From NCBI GenBank assembly GCA_013416795.1, contig RQSC01000032.1:398823-462822 (forward strand): a DNA stretch of 64,000 bases, given 5' to 3'. This stretch comes from Prasinococcaceae sp. CCMP 1430. Its lineage: Eukaryota > Plantae > Prasinodermophyta. Below are positions 22,586-32,821 of the stretch, piece by piece (within the stretch, counting starts at the first letter, position 1; the number at the start of each line of letters is the position of its first letter). A program made the translations under genes and the position numbers. The notes beneath the pieces were generated by a model that saw only the letters and a program-made list of their open reading frames with translations, searched no databases and was not told the origin of the DNA.

Positions 22586-22799
22586 CGGGCGCCGCGCGCA
22601 CGACTCTGCGCGGCCGCGCAATGCATGTGTAATGCGACCAATACATCGCCCCATTGAACTCTGGGAGCTCTAGAGAGGAATTCTCAAGTACTGTACCATC
22701 ATGTTTGTACTTACGTATAGACTAGTCGCGAGGAATCCCAACCATCGACGGGTATCAAATGGCACGACAGGAAATAGTGCACCATCGCGATGTGTGCCT
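22569..22799. repeat. Duplicated non-coding element, copy A (5' region of the LPA3-J gene)
   Basis: Blocks shared with 24241-24490, e.g. gactctgcgcggccgcgcaatgcatgtgt, gaggaatcccaaccatcgacg, tatcaaatggcacgacaggaaatagtgcaccatcgc. Confidence 0.9.
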
Positions 22800-22908
22800 G
22801 AAAGGGAATGCGGGTGCAAAGTTCGCGGAGGTGAAAATGCACCCGTGACTTTTGGGTTTAGATTTAGGGTTCCCGCCTTGCTCAAAGGATTGGAGCGGGA
22901 TTCAGTCC

Positions 22909-22986
22909 GAGGAGCTCACCGCAGGGATCGAGAACGACCGCGAGGACGGTGCGGAGTTGAGGGCGATGCTGAGCAGTGACGTCTGA
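22909..22986 (+). pseudogene. Duplicated fragment of the MSH2 last exon
   Basis: Encodes EELTAGIENDREDGAELRAMLSSDV* versus EKLKAGLENDLKDSAELRAMLSSDV* at 18481-18558; downstream UTR blocks (23044-23088 vs 18626-18667) also match. Confidence 0.9.
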
Positions 22987-23240
22987 GTGGCGTCGCAATC
23001 GGTAGCGGAGCTGGCGGCGCGTACCGCGCACCCTCGCGGACTTGAAAACATAAAATACTTACTCAACGTGGCGCGCACCTCTAGCAGCCAGACGGATAGC
23101 TAGGAGCAACGCGTTCCTGGGCTCAAAGTAATAGCCTATCGGAGCAGGATCCGGCCATTTGGTGGCGACGCGTTGCTCGATGGGGCGGGGTGTGGTGGGG
23201 CGCTACTGATGGTGGTGTGCGCGGCGGCGTGCTCTCTCGC

Positions 23241-24157
23241 CTAGACAGGTATGTCTCCCGTGCCGGAGGTCGGTTGTGATGTGGGGCTTGACGTCGGCGA
23301 TGAGGTGGGAGCGCCCGTCGGGGCTGAGGTGGGAGCGCCCGTCGGGGCTGAGGATGGCGACGCGGTCGGCGCATCGGTTGGCGTCGTCGTTGGCGGGGCA
23401 GTCGGAGCGCTACTGGGAGCGCTTGTAGGTGGGGTAGTTGGTGCGCTCGTGGGAGCAGCCGTGGGTGGCTCGTTGGGAACGGGGTCGATGATCTCGTAGT
23501 ACGGCTCGGGCTCGGGCTCGGGCACATAGGTGTAGCAGTGGGTGGTTCGTTCGGGACGGGGTCGATGATCTCGTAGTACGGCTCGGGCTCGGGCTCGGGC
23601 ACCACCACCGGAAAGGCTGTCGGCGCCTTGGTCGGAAGGCCGGCCACGCAGCGCGGGCTGTCGGCGAAGCCGCTCTTGGTGCCGTACCCGCACGCCTGCG
23701 TGAGCACACGCCGGAACGTTGGGTAGACGGGGAGAGCAGGGAAAGGAGCAGAAGGCGGAGTGCAGGAGAGCGTCAACGCCCGAACGCAGCAGACCTGGCG
23801 CAACAAGCATCAGACGCCGCGAGTCTACCCACATCGCGCACGCTCGGCACGCACCTCTCAGGCGTCGAGGCAGCACTGCTCGCCTCCCGCGGCTGGAGCC
23901 GCCGTGAACGTCGGCATCGCGATGGGCAGCTCCTCGTCGCCCTCCGACGGGGTGAGCCGTTCCGGGATGATTGGGATGAAGCCAGGGATGAGGTCGATGG
24001 GCGCGGGCGGGTCGGCGGGCATGCAGTTGGCGCGGCACGAGCACCCCGAGGGCGCGAAGTCGTTGCAGAAGCCCATGCACGAGTCCGAGGGCGCCGTGGG
24101 CGAGGCGGAGGGCCGCGGCGTGGCGCGCGTGGGCGACTTGGTGGGCGCGACGCTGGG
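23241..24157 (-). pseudogene. Second copy of the PT-repeat glycoprotein gene, probably pseudogenised; 5' end lies in the gap
   Basis: Exons near-identical to copy 1; TGC>TGA at 23860-23858; a 77-nt internal duplication (23481 vs 23558) shifts the frame. Confidence 0.75.
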
Positions 24158-24240
24158 NNNNNNNNNNNNNNNNNNNNNNNNNNNNNNNNNNNNNNNNNNN
24201 NNNNNNNNNNNNNNNNNNNNNNCGCCCGCCCGCGCGCCGC

Positions 24241-24490
24241 GTCTCCTCGCGCCGCATCGGGCGCCGCGCGCCCGACTCTGCGCGGCCGCGCAATGCATGT
24301 GTACTAATGCGACCAATCAATACCATCCGATGGCACGGCATTGAACTCTGGGAGTTCCCGAATACCATCATGACGGTACAGTACCGGTAGACTGCAGTAC
24401 GCACTGCACTGTACGTGAGGAATCCCAACCATCGACGAGTATGTATCAAATGGCACGACAGGAAATAGTGCACCATCGCCATGTGCGCCT
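24241..24490. repeat. Duplicated non-coding element, copy B
   Basis: Same blocks as 22569-22799, in the same orientation. Confidence 0.9.
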
Positions 24491-24747
24491 AGTAATGCAA
24501 ATGACGCACTGACGATGCTTTCGAAATGCCCCATTGAACTCCGGGAGTTCCGCAATGTGGACTAATTCCTTCTGCGATGGGTGCCCGCGCGCGATGATGA
24601 TGGGACAGCCGAATTTGGATTGGATTTTGGCGGGAAGAGGGCAAGGCGCGCAGCACAGCACGCGCATGCGATTTGATGGGGCTGAGGGCCTCGGTCAGCC
24701 GACGTGGCGTTTGGCAATGATACATTGTCTCCTCTCACAACTGGTGT

Positions 24748-24820
24748 AAAAATTCCACATTTGTGGAAAAAGCACACAGGATTGTCACGTGTCAAAATTG
24801 TGGAATTTTTCCACAATTTT
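24748..24820. repeat. AT-rich inverted-repeat cluster (four TGTGGAA copies)
   Basis: TTCCACA-tt-TGTGGAA (24753-24768) and AAAATTGTGGAA-ttt-TTCCACAATTTT (24794-24820, perfect 12-bp arms). Confidence 0.85.
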
Positions 24821-25037
24821 CTGTGAGAGAAGACAGATACCCTCGGAGGGCGGGGGAGCCGGGGCGAGGGATGCGAGGTCTGCAAACTGCGCCGCCGCCG
24901 CGTTGCGTGGCCGAGGGAGGGCGTGCAAACCTCTCGCGAGCCACGGCTGGCACGGCCCGGTCGGGCTCCTCCCTCACGCGCAGCCCACGCGCGCATTCAT
25001 TCTCGCCCGCGCGCGTGCACATCGAGGCGTCTTCCCT

Positions 25038-25068
<31 letters not shown>

Positions 25069-25220
25069 CCGGCAGCGGTCGCGCGGCGCGACACAAAGGC
25101 GACACAAAGGGGGCGAAGGGAGAGCGACGAGTTCTGCCCCGCAAGACTTGAGGCAGCACAGCTCGGCACTCGTCGTACCTCGCAAACACGCCAAGTACAT
25201 CACAATACTGTCACAATAGG

Positions 25221-28200
25221 TTACACTCCGCCAACCCCCAGCCGCGCGGCCTTCGCCACCGCTGCCCCAAGCGCCATGTCCACCCTACCATCATTTGCAT
25301 TCGGTCCCGCGAAGTAGTGCATGGTCGGCGGCCTTTTCCCATCGACTGCCGCGTGAGCCTCGTCGACGAAGATTTTCGACGGGCCCGCCCTATCGACGGC
25401 CCTTGCTTCGAGGATGCCGACCTCCACGGCGGCTGCAAGAAGCTCGTCCAGCGCCGGGCGCGACACGACCGTGGGCATCCGTAGCCGCAGGCTGTCCCGC
25501 TCGATGCCGGGGCAAGAAGTCGCGAGGCCGGCGAGGCGATGCGCGAGCGCAGCCGCTCGGCCCACCATGCACTCACCCGCGACCGAGGTCCACGGCCGCG
25601 CGGCCGCTCCGCCGGTCCCAGCCCGCTGCTCTCCCCCCCCCACTTCCCTTTCGGGCGCACTCGGGCTGCCTCCTTCGCGTTCGGGCGCACTCGGGCTGCC
25701 TCCTGCGCCCCCGCGCGCACTCGGGCTGGTTTCCTCGCATCCAACCATCGCGCTGCTGTTGCGCCGCATGGAAAAGGGATGATCACCCCGTCCAGCCGCC
25801 CCCAACGCAGTGATCTCGTCCGCGAGCGGCGGCGCCACTTCCAGCGTCACGTCGATGCCCATGTCGCCGTCGACCGGACCGGCGTCCTTCTGCGCCGCTT
25901 CGGGGTCGGCGAGGTCCGTTGCGGGGTTGGCGCACGCTGCCTTGGCGCGGCCCTCGCACAGCGCGGTCACGGCGTGCAGCGCCACGCCCTCCGCAACGGC
26001 GGTGGTATCGGTCGAAAGGCCACCGAGCGCCTGGGCGCTCGCATCCAGCAGGCCCCTCGAGAGGGCGGTGGGAGTCGCGCCGGCGTGGAACTTCGGGGTC
26101 AGTTCCACGTCGTCCTCGTACACCTTGATCAGCTTCTCGCGAAGGAGCACGGACAGGGCGGCCCTCGGCGCGTCCTCGTCGAGGGACAGGCCCGCGCCGC
26201 GAAGGACGTCACGCAGCTTCGCCTCCTTCTTGGTGTCACGTCCGGAGATGTGCTCGTCGATGGCGGCCAGCACTCGAGCCACCACGTCCAGCAAGCCCGG
26301 CTCGCACTCGTCGAGACCAAACGAGGACGCCCTCAGGCGCGTGCTCTTCGTGTCCTTCTTCTTAGCACCCGCGCCCTTCGAACCCCCCTTCGAAGAAGAA
26401 GAAGGCGTAGCGGTAGTCTTGGACCGCTTCGCCGCCGCCCCCGGACCCCCCGCTATGTGTCCCGCGCCTCGCTTCTTCGGGGCTCCCGATCCGGACGCGA
26501 CGCCTCTTTTCGCGCCTCTCTTCTGCTGGCGGTCGAGGCTCCTGCCGCGCTTCTCGCGCCACAGATTCAGGCACGCGAGCACGTGGCCGTGCGCCGCCTT
26601 GTCCTTGGGGCCCTGCGTCGCGGCGTCGGCGCGCATGCGCACCACGGGCTCGTGACCCAGCGCCCACACGTTGACGCCGCCGTCCTCCGCACGCGCCTTC
26701 GCGCGCACCTCCTGGATGATCTCGACGGTGGCATCAAGCGCGGCGCGCAGCGCCTTCCCGATGGAAGAATCCATCGCCTTCCACAGGTCCTTCGCACGGC
26801 GCTGGGCTCGGTCGGTGTCCACAGGCAGCCCCTCCAGTCGCTGCCAATTGATGCCGTACCGCGTGCGCCCCTTCGCAAGCTTGAGGTTGTCGTCATCCAA
26901 AAACGTGAGCGGGCCGTACTTGGGGCTCGAGGCGTCGGCGTCGGGCTTTTCGAGGGCGTCGCATCGAAAGCCCGCGATGGCCGCCACCAGCGATGTGAGC
27001 AGGCGCTCGTCGTCACCATAGATCCACACGTGACGATCCTCGCGCGCACCGGCGGGCTTGTCTGCGTTGACGGTCGGCGCCGGCGCCGGCATCTTCAGCT
27101 CGAAGACGCGCGCGGATGGCGGGGGCTTCGGTTTGGGTGCCTTGCTGGGTCGCGGCGCCGTGCTCTTGGCGCTCTTGCCCTTGTCCCGACGAGCGGCCTT
27201 GTCCTTCGCTCCCCCAGGTGATGCGTCGGTCTTCCGACCCTTGGAAGACGCCTCCGCCCCCTTGTCTGCCTTCCTGGCCTTCTTCGCGGCCTTCTTGGCC
27301 TCCCCCCCCACCCCCCCGCCCCCTCCGACAGCTTTGCGCTTGCCGGCGGAGCGCTTGGCCGCGCCGGGCAGCGAGAGTGCGGACTTGCGCTTGAGTGTGC
27401 CCAGGCGCTTTTGCGTCAGCGACTGGTAGTACTTGTGTTCCCTGGTGAGCCCCAGCACCACGTCCCTGCTCACGCCGAGCTGCTCGGCTATGGGCGCGAC
27501 GGTCTCTCCGGCCTTTATGCGGTCCAGGATGCGGTCGCGCAGCTCCATGTCGAGCAGGTCGACACCCCAGCTGCGCTTCTCAGCAGCAAACGAATTGAAG
27601 GGCTCGGGCAGCTCCACGGATTCGCCACGCGCACGCAGCTCGTGCACTCTGTCAATGAGGAGCCTGAGCGCCGACCAGTACTTGAGAGCCCCTTCCTCCG
27701 TCGACACGTCGTAGCACTCCATCTGCGACTGCTGGCCGTCGGCGTTGCCGCTCCCTGCGTCGCGCGCGCTCTGCGGGCCAGCGAGGTCGGCCTTGGCCCG
27801 CAGCTTCGGCAGCTGCGCCGCCGTGGCCAGAGCGCTGCCGCCGATGAGGACGCCGTCCTCGTCCCGCAGGTCCACGTCGTCGAGCACGAGCATGCACTCG
27901 CGAAGCCTGCTGAGCGTGTTGCGCGCGCGACTCTCCAGCGCGACGTCCGCCTTCACGCATATCTGCTCCTGCACCTCTTGCGGCAGCTCGCGCAGCGGCG
28001 TCGAGCGCATCTCCTGGTAGTTGCCGAGGTCGCGCTGAGGGCCAATGGTGAACATGAACAAGTTGAGTGGCATGTCCAAGCTGTCGACCACGAGGTCGAT
28101 GCGAGCGCTCCCTGCCTTGGGGTCCTTCTTCAGCTTGATCAGGTAGAGATGAAGCATTTTGCTGCGCAGGAAGAGCTGCCCGTGGGCGATGCCGTTCGCG

Positions 28201-30329
28201 CGCAGCTTTTCGGCGCCCATGTACACGCGGGCAGGCTGGGGGGTGAAGCCTGCTGGCTGCGCGAGCGGCGACTTCAAGGTCTGCACCTTCGCCATGCGTT
28301 TCTGTCGCATCTCGTGGAGCAGCCGCTTGCGCTGCTCCGAAAGGCGCTTCGTCACCGCAACGTTGTCCGCGATGATGGCTCGCCTCACGGCCTCCTGTTT
28401 GGCGTCGCCCCCCTTCGCGTCGCCGCTGTGAATCACATACTCCACTTGGCGCACCCATCCGGTCGCGGCCACGGCATCAAAGGACCTCACGACGATCTTC
28501 CCTTTCTCCTTGAGGCTCTCCAGCACCCGCATGTACGTCTTATTCTCGAAATGCTTACGCTCCCCCACGAAAAGACCCCCAACATTGGCTTTGATGAGCT
28601 CCTCTCGCCAGGACGACTTGTGCTTGAAGCGCTTGCCAACTGGCAGGGACTCGAGCTCATGCAACATGACAGCCTCGCGCTGGATGGCTTCCGTCGAAGT
28701 GCGCTTGGGCGGGCGGCCCGCTGCCGGCGCTGTGTCGAGGGCGCTTTTCGGCGCCTCTGCCCGCGGCGTCGCGGCCCCGCCTGCATCGGTGGCGCTCAGA
28801 GTGCCCGCAGCGAGAGCAGGAGAACGTGTTGCAGCGGACGGAGCGGCTGCCGCAGGCCCACCGGGTGCGAAAGCGCCGCCGGGCTGGACACCAGCGGCAG
28901 CCATGGCAGGACCGAGCACGGGGCCTGCGCCGCCTGTCCCAGGCGTCACAGCAAAATACCTGCAGTGAACCGATTTGCCCATTCGTTGCGACTCGGTCCG
29001 AACCAGTCCGCACTTCGAGAGCTTCTCCAGCGTGCCCATGTACTTCTTCGCAGAGATGCCCAGGTCGGTAAATATCTCGGTCTGCAGCTTGCCCTCGGCG
29101 CCGGTGCGCTCTATGATGTACATCATCTGCTCGATCATCGAGATCTCGGCGAATGACTTCGGGACTGTGCCGGCCTCACACGCCGACATGTCCTTGACGT
29201 CGTCGGTCTCAACGCCGGCGGCCTCGAGCAGCTTCGCCTCGTCGAAGGGCTCGACGAGCTTCATGCAGCTCACAAGGACAGTCTTTTTGGCGGTATCTGC
29301 TTTGCTCTCGCCGTTGCCCTCGGCATCGCCGTCGCCGCCCGCTCCAGGCTGATCACTGCCACCCACTGCCATGGCCTTGTCCGCCATAAACGCTTCCACA
29401 ACGCCTGCACCCTCGAGCTTCTTCTTTATCTCCCTGAAGCGCTTCATGTAGTGTCTGCGCTGCTTGTGCTCCATCTCGCCCGCGTGGCTCATGCCCATGA
29501 CGTGCGCAATGTGCGACGCCACTCCCATGCCGCCGAGGGCCTGGAGGTGCGCGACAATCTGCCGCATGTTCTGCAAAATCATCGACTCTGCGACCGGGGC
29601 ATCGCGCAGCTCGGGCGGCACGAATCGCATGAGGCGCCAGCGCGAGGTCATCACGGCCCTGTCATTCTCAGACGTCGCCGCTTGGTTGGGTTCGTAGTGA
29701 ACGAGCTGGCGCGCTGCGAGCACGCGCAGGTGGAAGAAGAACGTGGTGGCACCCATGCCGAATGCCTTCGGGAGCTCGCTCTGCAGCTGCCCACTGCCGC
29801 GTGCGCGGCCGATGTACGAGAGCACCCTGCGCTTGAGGCTGTCTATGCGGTCGCCGTAGCCCTCTCCTGTAGCCCCGTTGGGGCCGCGCAGTCCCAGAGT
29901 CGCGTCCTGCCAGCTTCGCGGCGCAATGACGACCACACTGCCCGCAACTGCGTCCGCAAACGCACCGAACGCAGCCCTGTCCTCGACCGGCTGCGGCGGC
30001 TCCTGCTTGGCCAGCGGCGCCGCCGCGCCTTTGCCCTTGCCTTTGGTAGCGTGCTCGCGTTCGTCGCCGCACTGCTGCTGCCCTGCCGTCGCTTCGTCGC
30101 CGGCGCGAGCGCCAGGCACGCGCGCGAGCGCCAGCGCTTCCATCGCGTGTAGACGCCCCCAAGCGCGGCGCTTGATGCTGTCGTCAAGCTCGCCGGGGTA
30201 CCCCTCCCAGAGCTTGCCCACTGGGCACCCGTCGTCAGCCCACAGCCCAGTGCTGTCAAGCGCATATTCGAATGCTTCGTCGTCGCCGGCCTCCGGGACC
30301 GGTGCGCCGGCAGCCACGTCGCGCACCAT
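25221..30329 (-). CDS. GTF3C1: RNA polymerase III transcription factor TFIIIC B-block-binding subunit (tau138/GTF3C1-like), about 1702 aa, no intron evident
   Basis: N-terminal ..DGCPVGKLW.., VLSYIGRARGSGQLQSEL...FFFHLRVLAARQLV winged helix, C-terminal PWTS..G...ATSCPGI. Confidence 0.75.
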   Translation of the reverse strand: MVRDVAAGAPVPEAGDDEAFEYALDSTGLWADDGCPVGKLWEGYPGELDDSIKRRAWGRLHAMEALALARVPGARAGDEATAGQQQCGDEREHATKGKGKGAAAPLAKQEPPQPVEDRAAFGAFADAVAGSVVVIAPRSWQDATLGLRGPNGATGEGYGDRIDSLKRRVLSYIGRARGSGQLQSELPKAFGMGATTFFFHLRVLAARQLVHYEPNQAATSENDRAVMTSRWRLMRFVPPELRDAPVAESMILQNMRQIVAHLQALGGMGVASHIAHVMGMSHAGEMEHKQRRHYMKRFREIKKKLEGAGVVEAFMADKAMAVGGSDQPGAGGDGDAEGNGESKADTAKKTVLVSCMKLVEPFDEAKLLEAAGVETDDVKDMSACEAGTVPKSFAEISMIEQMMYIIERTGAEGKLQTEIFTDLGISAKKYMGTLEKLSKCGLVRTESQRMGKSVHCRYFAVTPGTGGAGPVLGPAMAAAGVQPGGAFAPGGPAAAAPSAATRSPALAAGTLSATDAGGAATPRAEAPKSALDTAPAAGRPPKRTSTEAIQREAVMLHELESLPVGKRFKHKSSWREELIKANVGGLFVGERKHFENKTYMRVLESLKEKGKIVVRSFDAVAATGWVRQVEYVIHSGDAKGGDAKQEAVRRAIIADNVAVTKRLSEQRKRLLHEMRQKRMAKVQTLKSPLAQPAGFTPQPARVYMGAEKLRANGIAHGQLFLRSKMLHLYLIKLKKDPKAGSARIDLVVDSLDMPLNLFMFTIGPQRDLGNYQEMRSTPLRELPQEVQEQICVKADVALESRARNTLSRLRECMLVLDDVDLRDEDGVLIGGSALATAAQLPKLRAKADLAGPQSARDAGSGNADGQQSQMECYDVSTEEGALKYWSALRLLIDRVHELRARGESVELPEPFNSFAAEKRSWGVDLLDMELRDRILDRIKAGETVAPIAEQLGVSRDVVLGLTREHKYYQSLTQKRLGTLKRKSALSLPGAAKRSAGKRKAVGGGGGVGGEAKKAAKKARKADKGAEASSKGRKTDASPGGAKDKAARRDKGKSAKSTAPRPSKAPKPKPPPSARVFELKMPAPAPTVNADKPAGAREDRHVWIYGDDERLLTSLVAAIAGFRCDALEKPDADASSPKYGPLTFLDDDNLKLAKGRTRYGINWQRLEGLPVDTDRAQRRAKDLWKAMDSSIGKALRAALDATVEIIQEVRAKARAEDGGVNVWALGHEPVVRMRADAATQGPKDKAAHGHVLACLNLWREKRGRSLDRQQKRGAKRGVASGSGAPKKRGAGHIAGGPGAAAKRSKTTATPSSSSKGGSKGAGAKKKDTKSTRLRASSFGLDECEPGLLDVVARVLAAIDEHISGRDTKKEAKLRDVLRGAGLSLDEDAPRAALSVLLREKLIKVYEDDVELTPKFHAGATPTALSRGLLDASAQALGGLSTDTTAVAEGVALHAVTALCEGRAKAACANPATDLADPEAAQKDAGPVDGDMGIDVTLEVAPPLADEITALGAAGRGDHPFSMRRNSSAMVGCEETSPSARGGAGGSPSAPEREGGSPSAPEREVGGGEQRAGTGGAAARPWTSVAGECMVGRAAALAHRLAGLATSCPGIERDSLRLRMPTVVSRPALDELLAAAVEVGILEARAVDRAGPSKIFVDEAHAAVDGKRPPTMHYFAGPNANDGRVDMALGAAVAKAARLGVGGV
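25651..25730. repeat. 30-bp coding tandem repeat (about 2.6 copies, GGSPSAPERE)
   Basis: tcgggcgcactcgggctgcctcc repeated at 25651 and 25681, degenerate at 25711. Confidence 0.8.
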
Positions 30330-30836
30330 CGTTACGGCGCTGCGGCGTAGTGGCGAGCGTGCGGACGGACGAGCCAGACAGAGAGAGACAACGAGCAGGC
30401 GTGCGCGCCGCGCGTGCGCTCGCCCTCTCCGTCTCCTGCTCTGTCGCTCTCTCTTGCACTGTGCGCGCGCGCAAAATGCGGGGTGTTTACGCGCTGCGCA
30501 CGCGCCGCGGTCGGCCCGCCGTCCCCTCTCTTCCCCCCCTTCCCCCTCGCATCCACACCACCCTGCCCGCCTGCTGTCGCTGTCGCTGTCGCTGTTGTTG
30601 CCCCTGCCCCCACCGCCACGTCGGTCGCCACCTCGGACGATCGAGGGCCATCGTGTCCCACTGCTGATGATTGATTGCTCGATGGCTCCGGCCCGGCTGG
30701 AAACCATCCCATCGCAAACCAAAGAAAGAAAGAGCGGCGCGCTGCCGCATGTCGCCTCTCGCGCATGCCGCCTCGCTGTGGGGAAACCGCAGTCGAAACC
30801 ACACCGACTGATGAGTGCGTTCGAAGCACACAACCA

Positions 30837-32605
30837 ATGGAGACGAGAGGTGTGCGCGCGCGCCCCGATGCCCAGCCCTCTCGAGCGAGCTACAGCCACC
30901 GCCACAGGCCCAGCCAGAGTCCACAGCCCGGGTTGATTGATTGATTGAAGCGCGCGCGCGCGCACGCCAATCCGCGCTCCCCCCCTTCTCTCGCTGGCCC
31001 TCGCCGCCGTACCGGCCGGCCACAGGCTGCGCCGCAGCCGCCGGACGGCCCGCGCCGCGCGACGACGTCAACGTGACGCTCGTGGCGGTCAAGTGGGCGC
31101 TTGCGCTGGCGCTGGCGCTCGCGGGCGGCGCTGGCGCAGCGACCGGCGCCGGCGCCGCCAGCCCTGGGGACTTTCCCACGGACGCGGACCGAGCGCTGAT
31201 GGACTGGTTCCACGGCGGCGGCGGGAGGTTATCCGGCGTGGTGTACAGCGTGGTGGACGACGATCCGTCCGTGCGGCGACTGTTCACCAAGGACGACCTC
31301 CCGGCTCACGCGCGCGTCCTTGCCGTGCCACGTGGTCTGGCCATATCCGCAGCAGGCGCGCTCGCGGCGGTGCGCGGCGGCGTGGCGACTCCCAGGGAGC
31401 GCTTCGTGGCGGACGCGCACGACGTCGACCCGCGGTGGGGCGTGGCTGCGGCGCTCCTGATCGCCACGGAGAGCGTGGCTGAAGGCGCAGCAGACAGCGA
31501 GTCGCTCGCACCGTACGTGCGCGCCCTGCAGAGCTACTCGCGCGCTGAGCCTCCAGCGCTCATGCGCTTCGCAGATATGCTTCTCCACACGCTCGAGGGC
31601 ACGGCCGCGAGCGAGGAGATCGCAGCGCTCTACGACGACTCGCAACACTTCGCAGCGATGGCCGCGATGCTCGCCAAGGAGGGCGACCTGCCGCGGCTTT
31701 ACCTCGACGACCCGGGCGCTGCGACAGCCGTGTACTTCGCCGCGCGGCGCGGTGCCGTCGACGTGTGCTGCGACAAGAGCGAGCCAGCGTTCGAGGGTGG
31801 CGTCTTTTGGGCGCTCGTGCCTTTCGCCGATCTTGCTGGGCCAGGGACGCCGCCTGGTGGCTCTTCAGCGCGGGGCTCGAGCTACGCGATGCTCGACCAC
31901 GCCACAGGGGAGATACACATTCACGCTGCTGCGCACGCCGCCGGCGAGGAGCTCGAGCTCTCCCGCGCGGGCGCCACCGACGCCGAGGTGCTGGGCATCT
32001 GGGGAACCGCGTGGGAGCGCTCGCTGCCGAGCACGCAAATTCCACTCGCCGTCGGCGAAGACGGCACGGAGGACGACAGCGACCCCGTTGATGTGGCTAG
32101 GCGCGTGCTCCTGCGCAGGTGCGGCACGGCCGGGCAGATGGCGATCGAAGCCGAACGGCCCACCGACGCGCTTGTGTGCGGACTTCGCTCAGCGGTGGCG
32201 CCCGCGGCCATGGCACAATCCGCAGCCGTCGAAGGCGAGACCATGCAGGACGTCGTCTCGAAGATGAGCGACCTTGACAGGCGCCGGATGGACCTGCAGG
32301 TTTTCCAGACAATGGGGATGTACCTTGAGCGCAGGCTGTCCGGCATCCTCGGCGGGAGCGACGAGGACGACGTGAAGCGCATCAGGGCGCTGGAGAGGGC
32401 GGCGGAAAACGCGCTCGAGGAGGAGCGTACGCCCGAAGCCGCTTCTGCCGCGGCCGACGGCGCACGTGTGGCGGCGTTGCGCGTGCGCCTGCACGAGAAG
32501 CAGGCGCTCGTCGGCGCGCTCAACCACGTGCACTTCACGCTGCACGAGCTCAGCGGCGGCGAGTCCAAGCGCCGGGGCGGCACCGACGGCACGTCTGAGC
32601 TGTAG
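30837..32605 (+). CDS. Degenerate SET-domain (Rubisco LSMT/SETD3-like) protein with hydrophobic leader; predicted exons 30837-30849 and 31026-32605
   Basis: LMDWF..GG, RRLFTKDDL....VLAVPRGLAIS, LAPYVRAL, ALVPFADL, AGEEL, LSMT-like C-terminal helices (ALRVRLHEKQAL). Exon 1 inferred from ATGGAGACGAGAG|GTGTGC and a phase-matching CACAG. Confidence 0.65.
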
Positions 32606-32821
32606 GGCTCGGGTCGCGCGAGATGAGAATCAGGCTGCACGCATCGCTCACTCCCCTCAAAATAATAAATAATGGTAATGTGCCCGCACGGGGGCTCGCA
32701 GAGTGCACCCGCCGCGCGCGGGGCGATGTGCAACAGGCGTGCAATTTGTGTGTGTGCGCGCGCGCGCGCGCGCGTGCGCGCGCGCCGTGTCGGTGCGGGT
32801 GTGGCACCCGGCGGCTGTTTC

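Noticed and set aside
23280-23610. Short direct repeats resembling a CRISPR array
   Set aside because: They encode PT/PE peptide repeats in a eukaryotic gene; no unique spacers and no cas genes.
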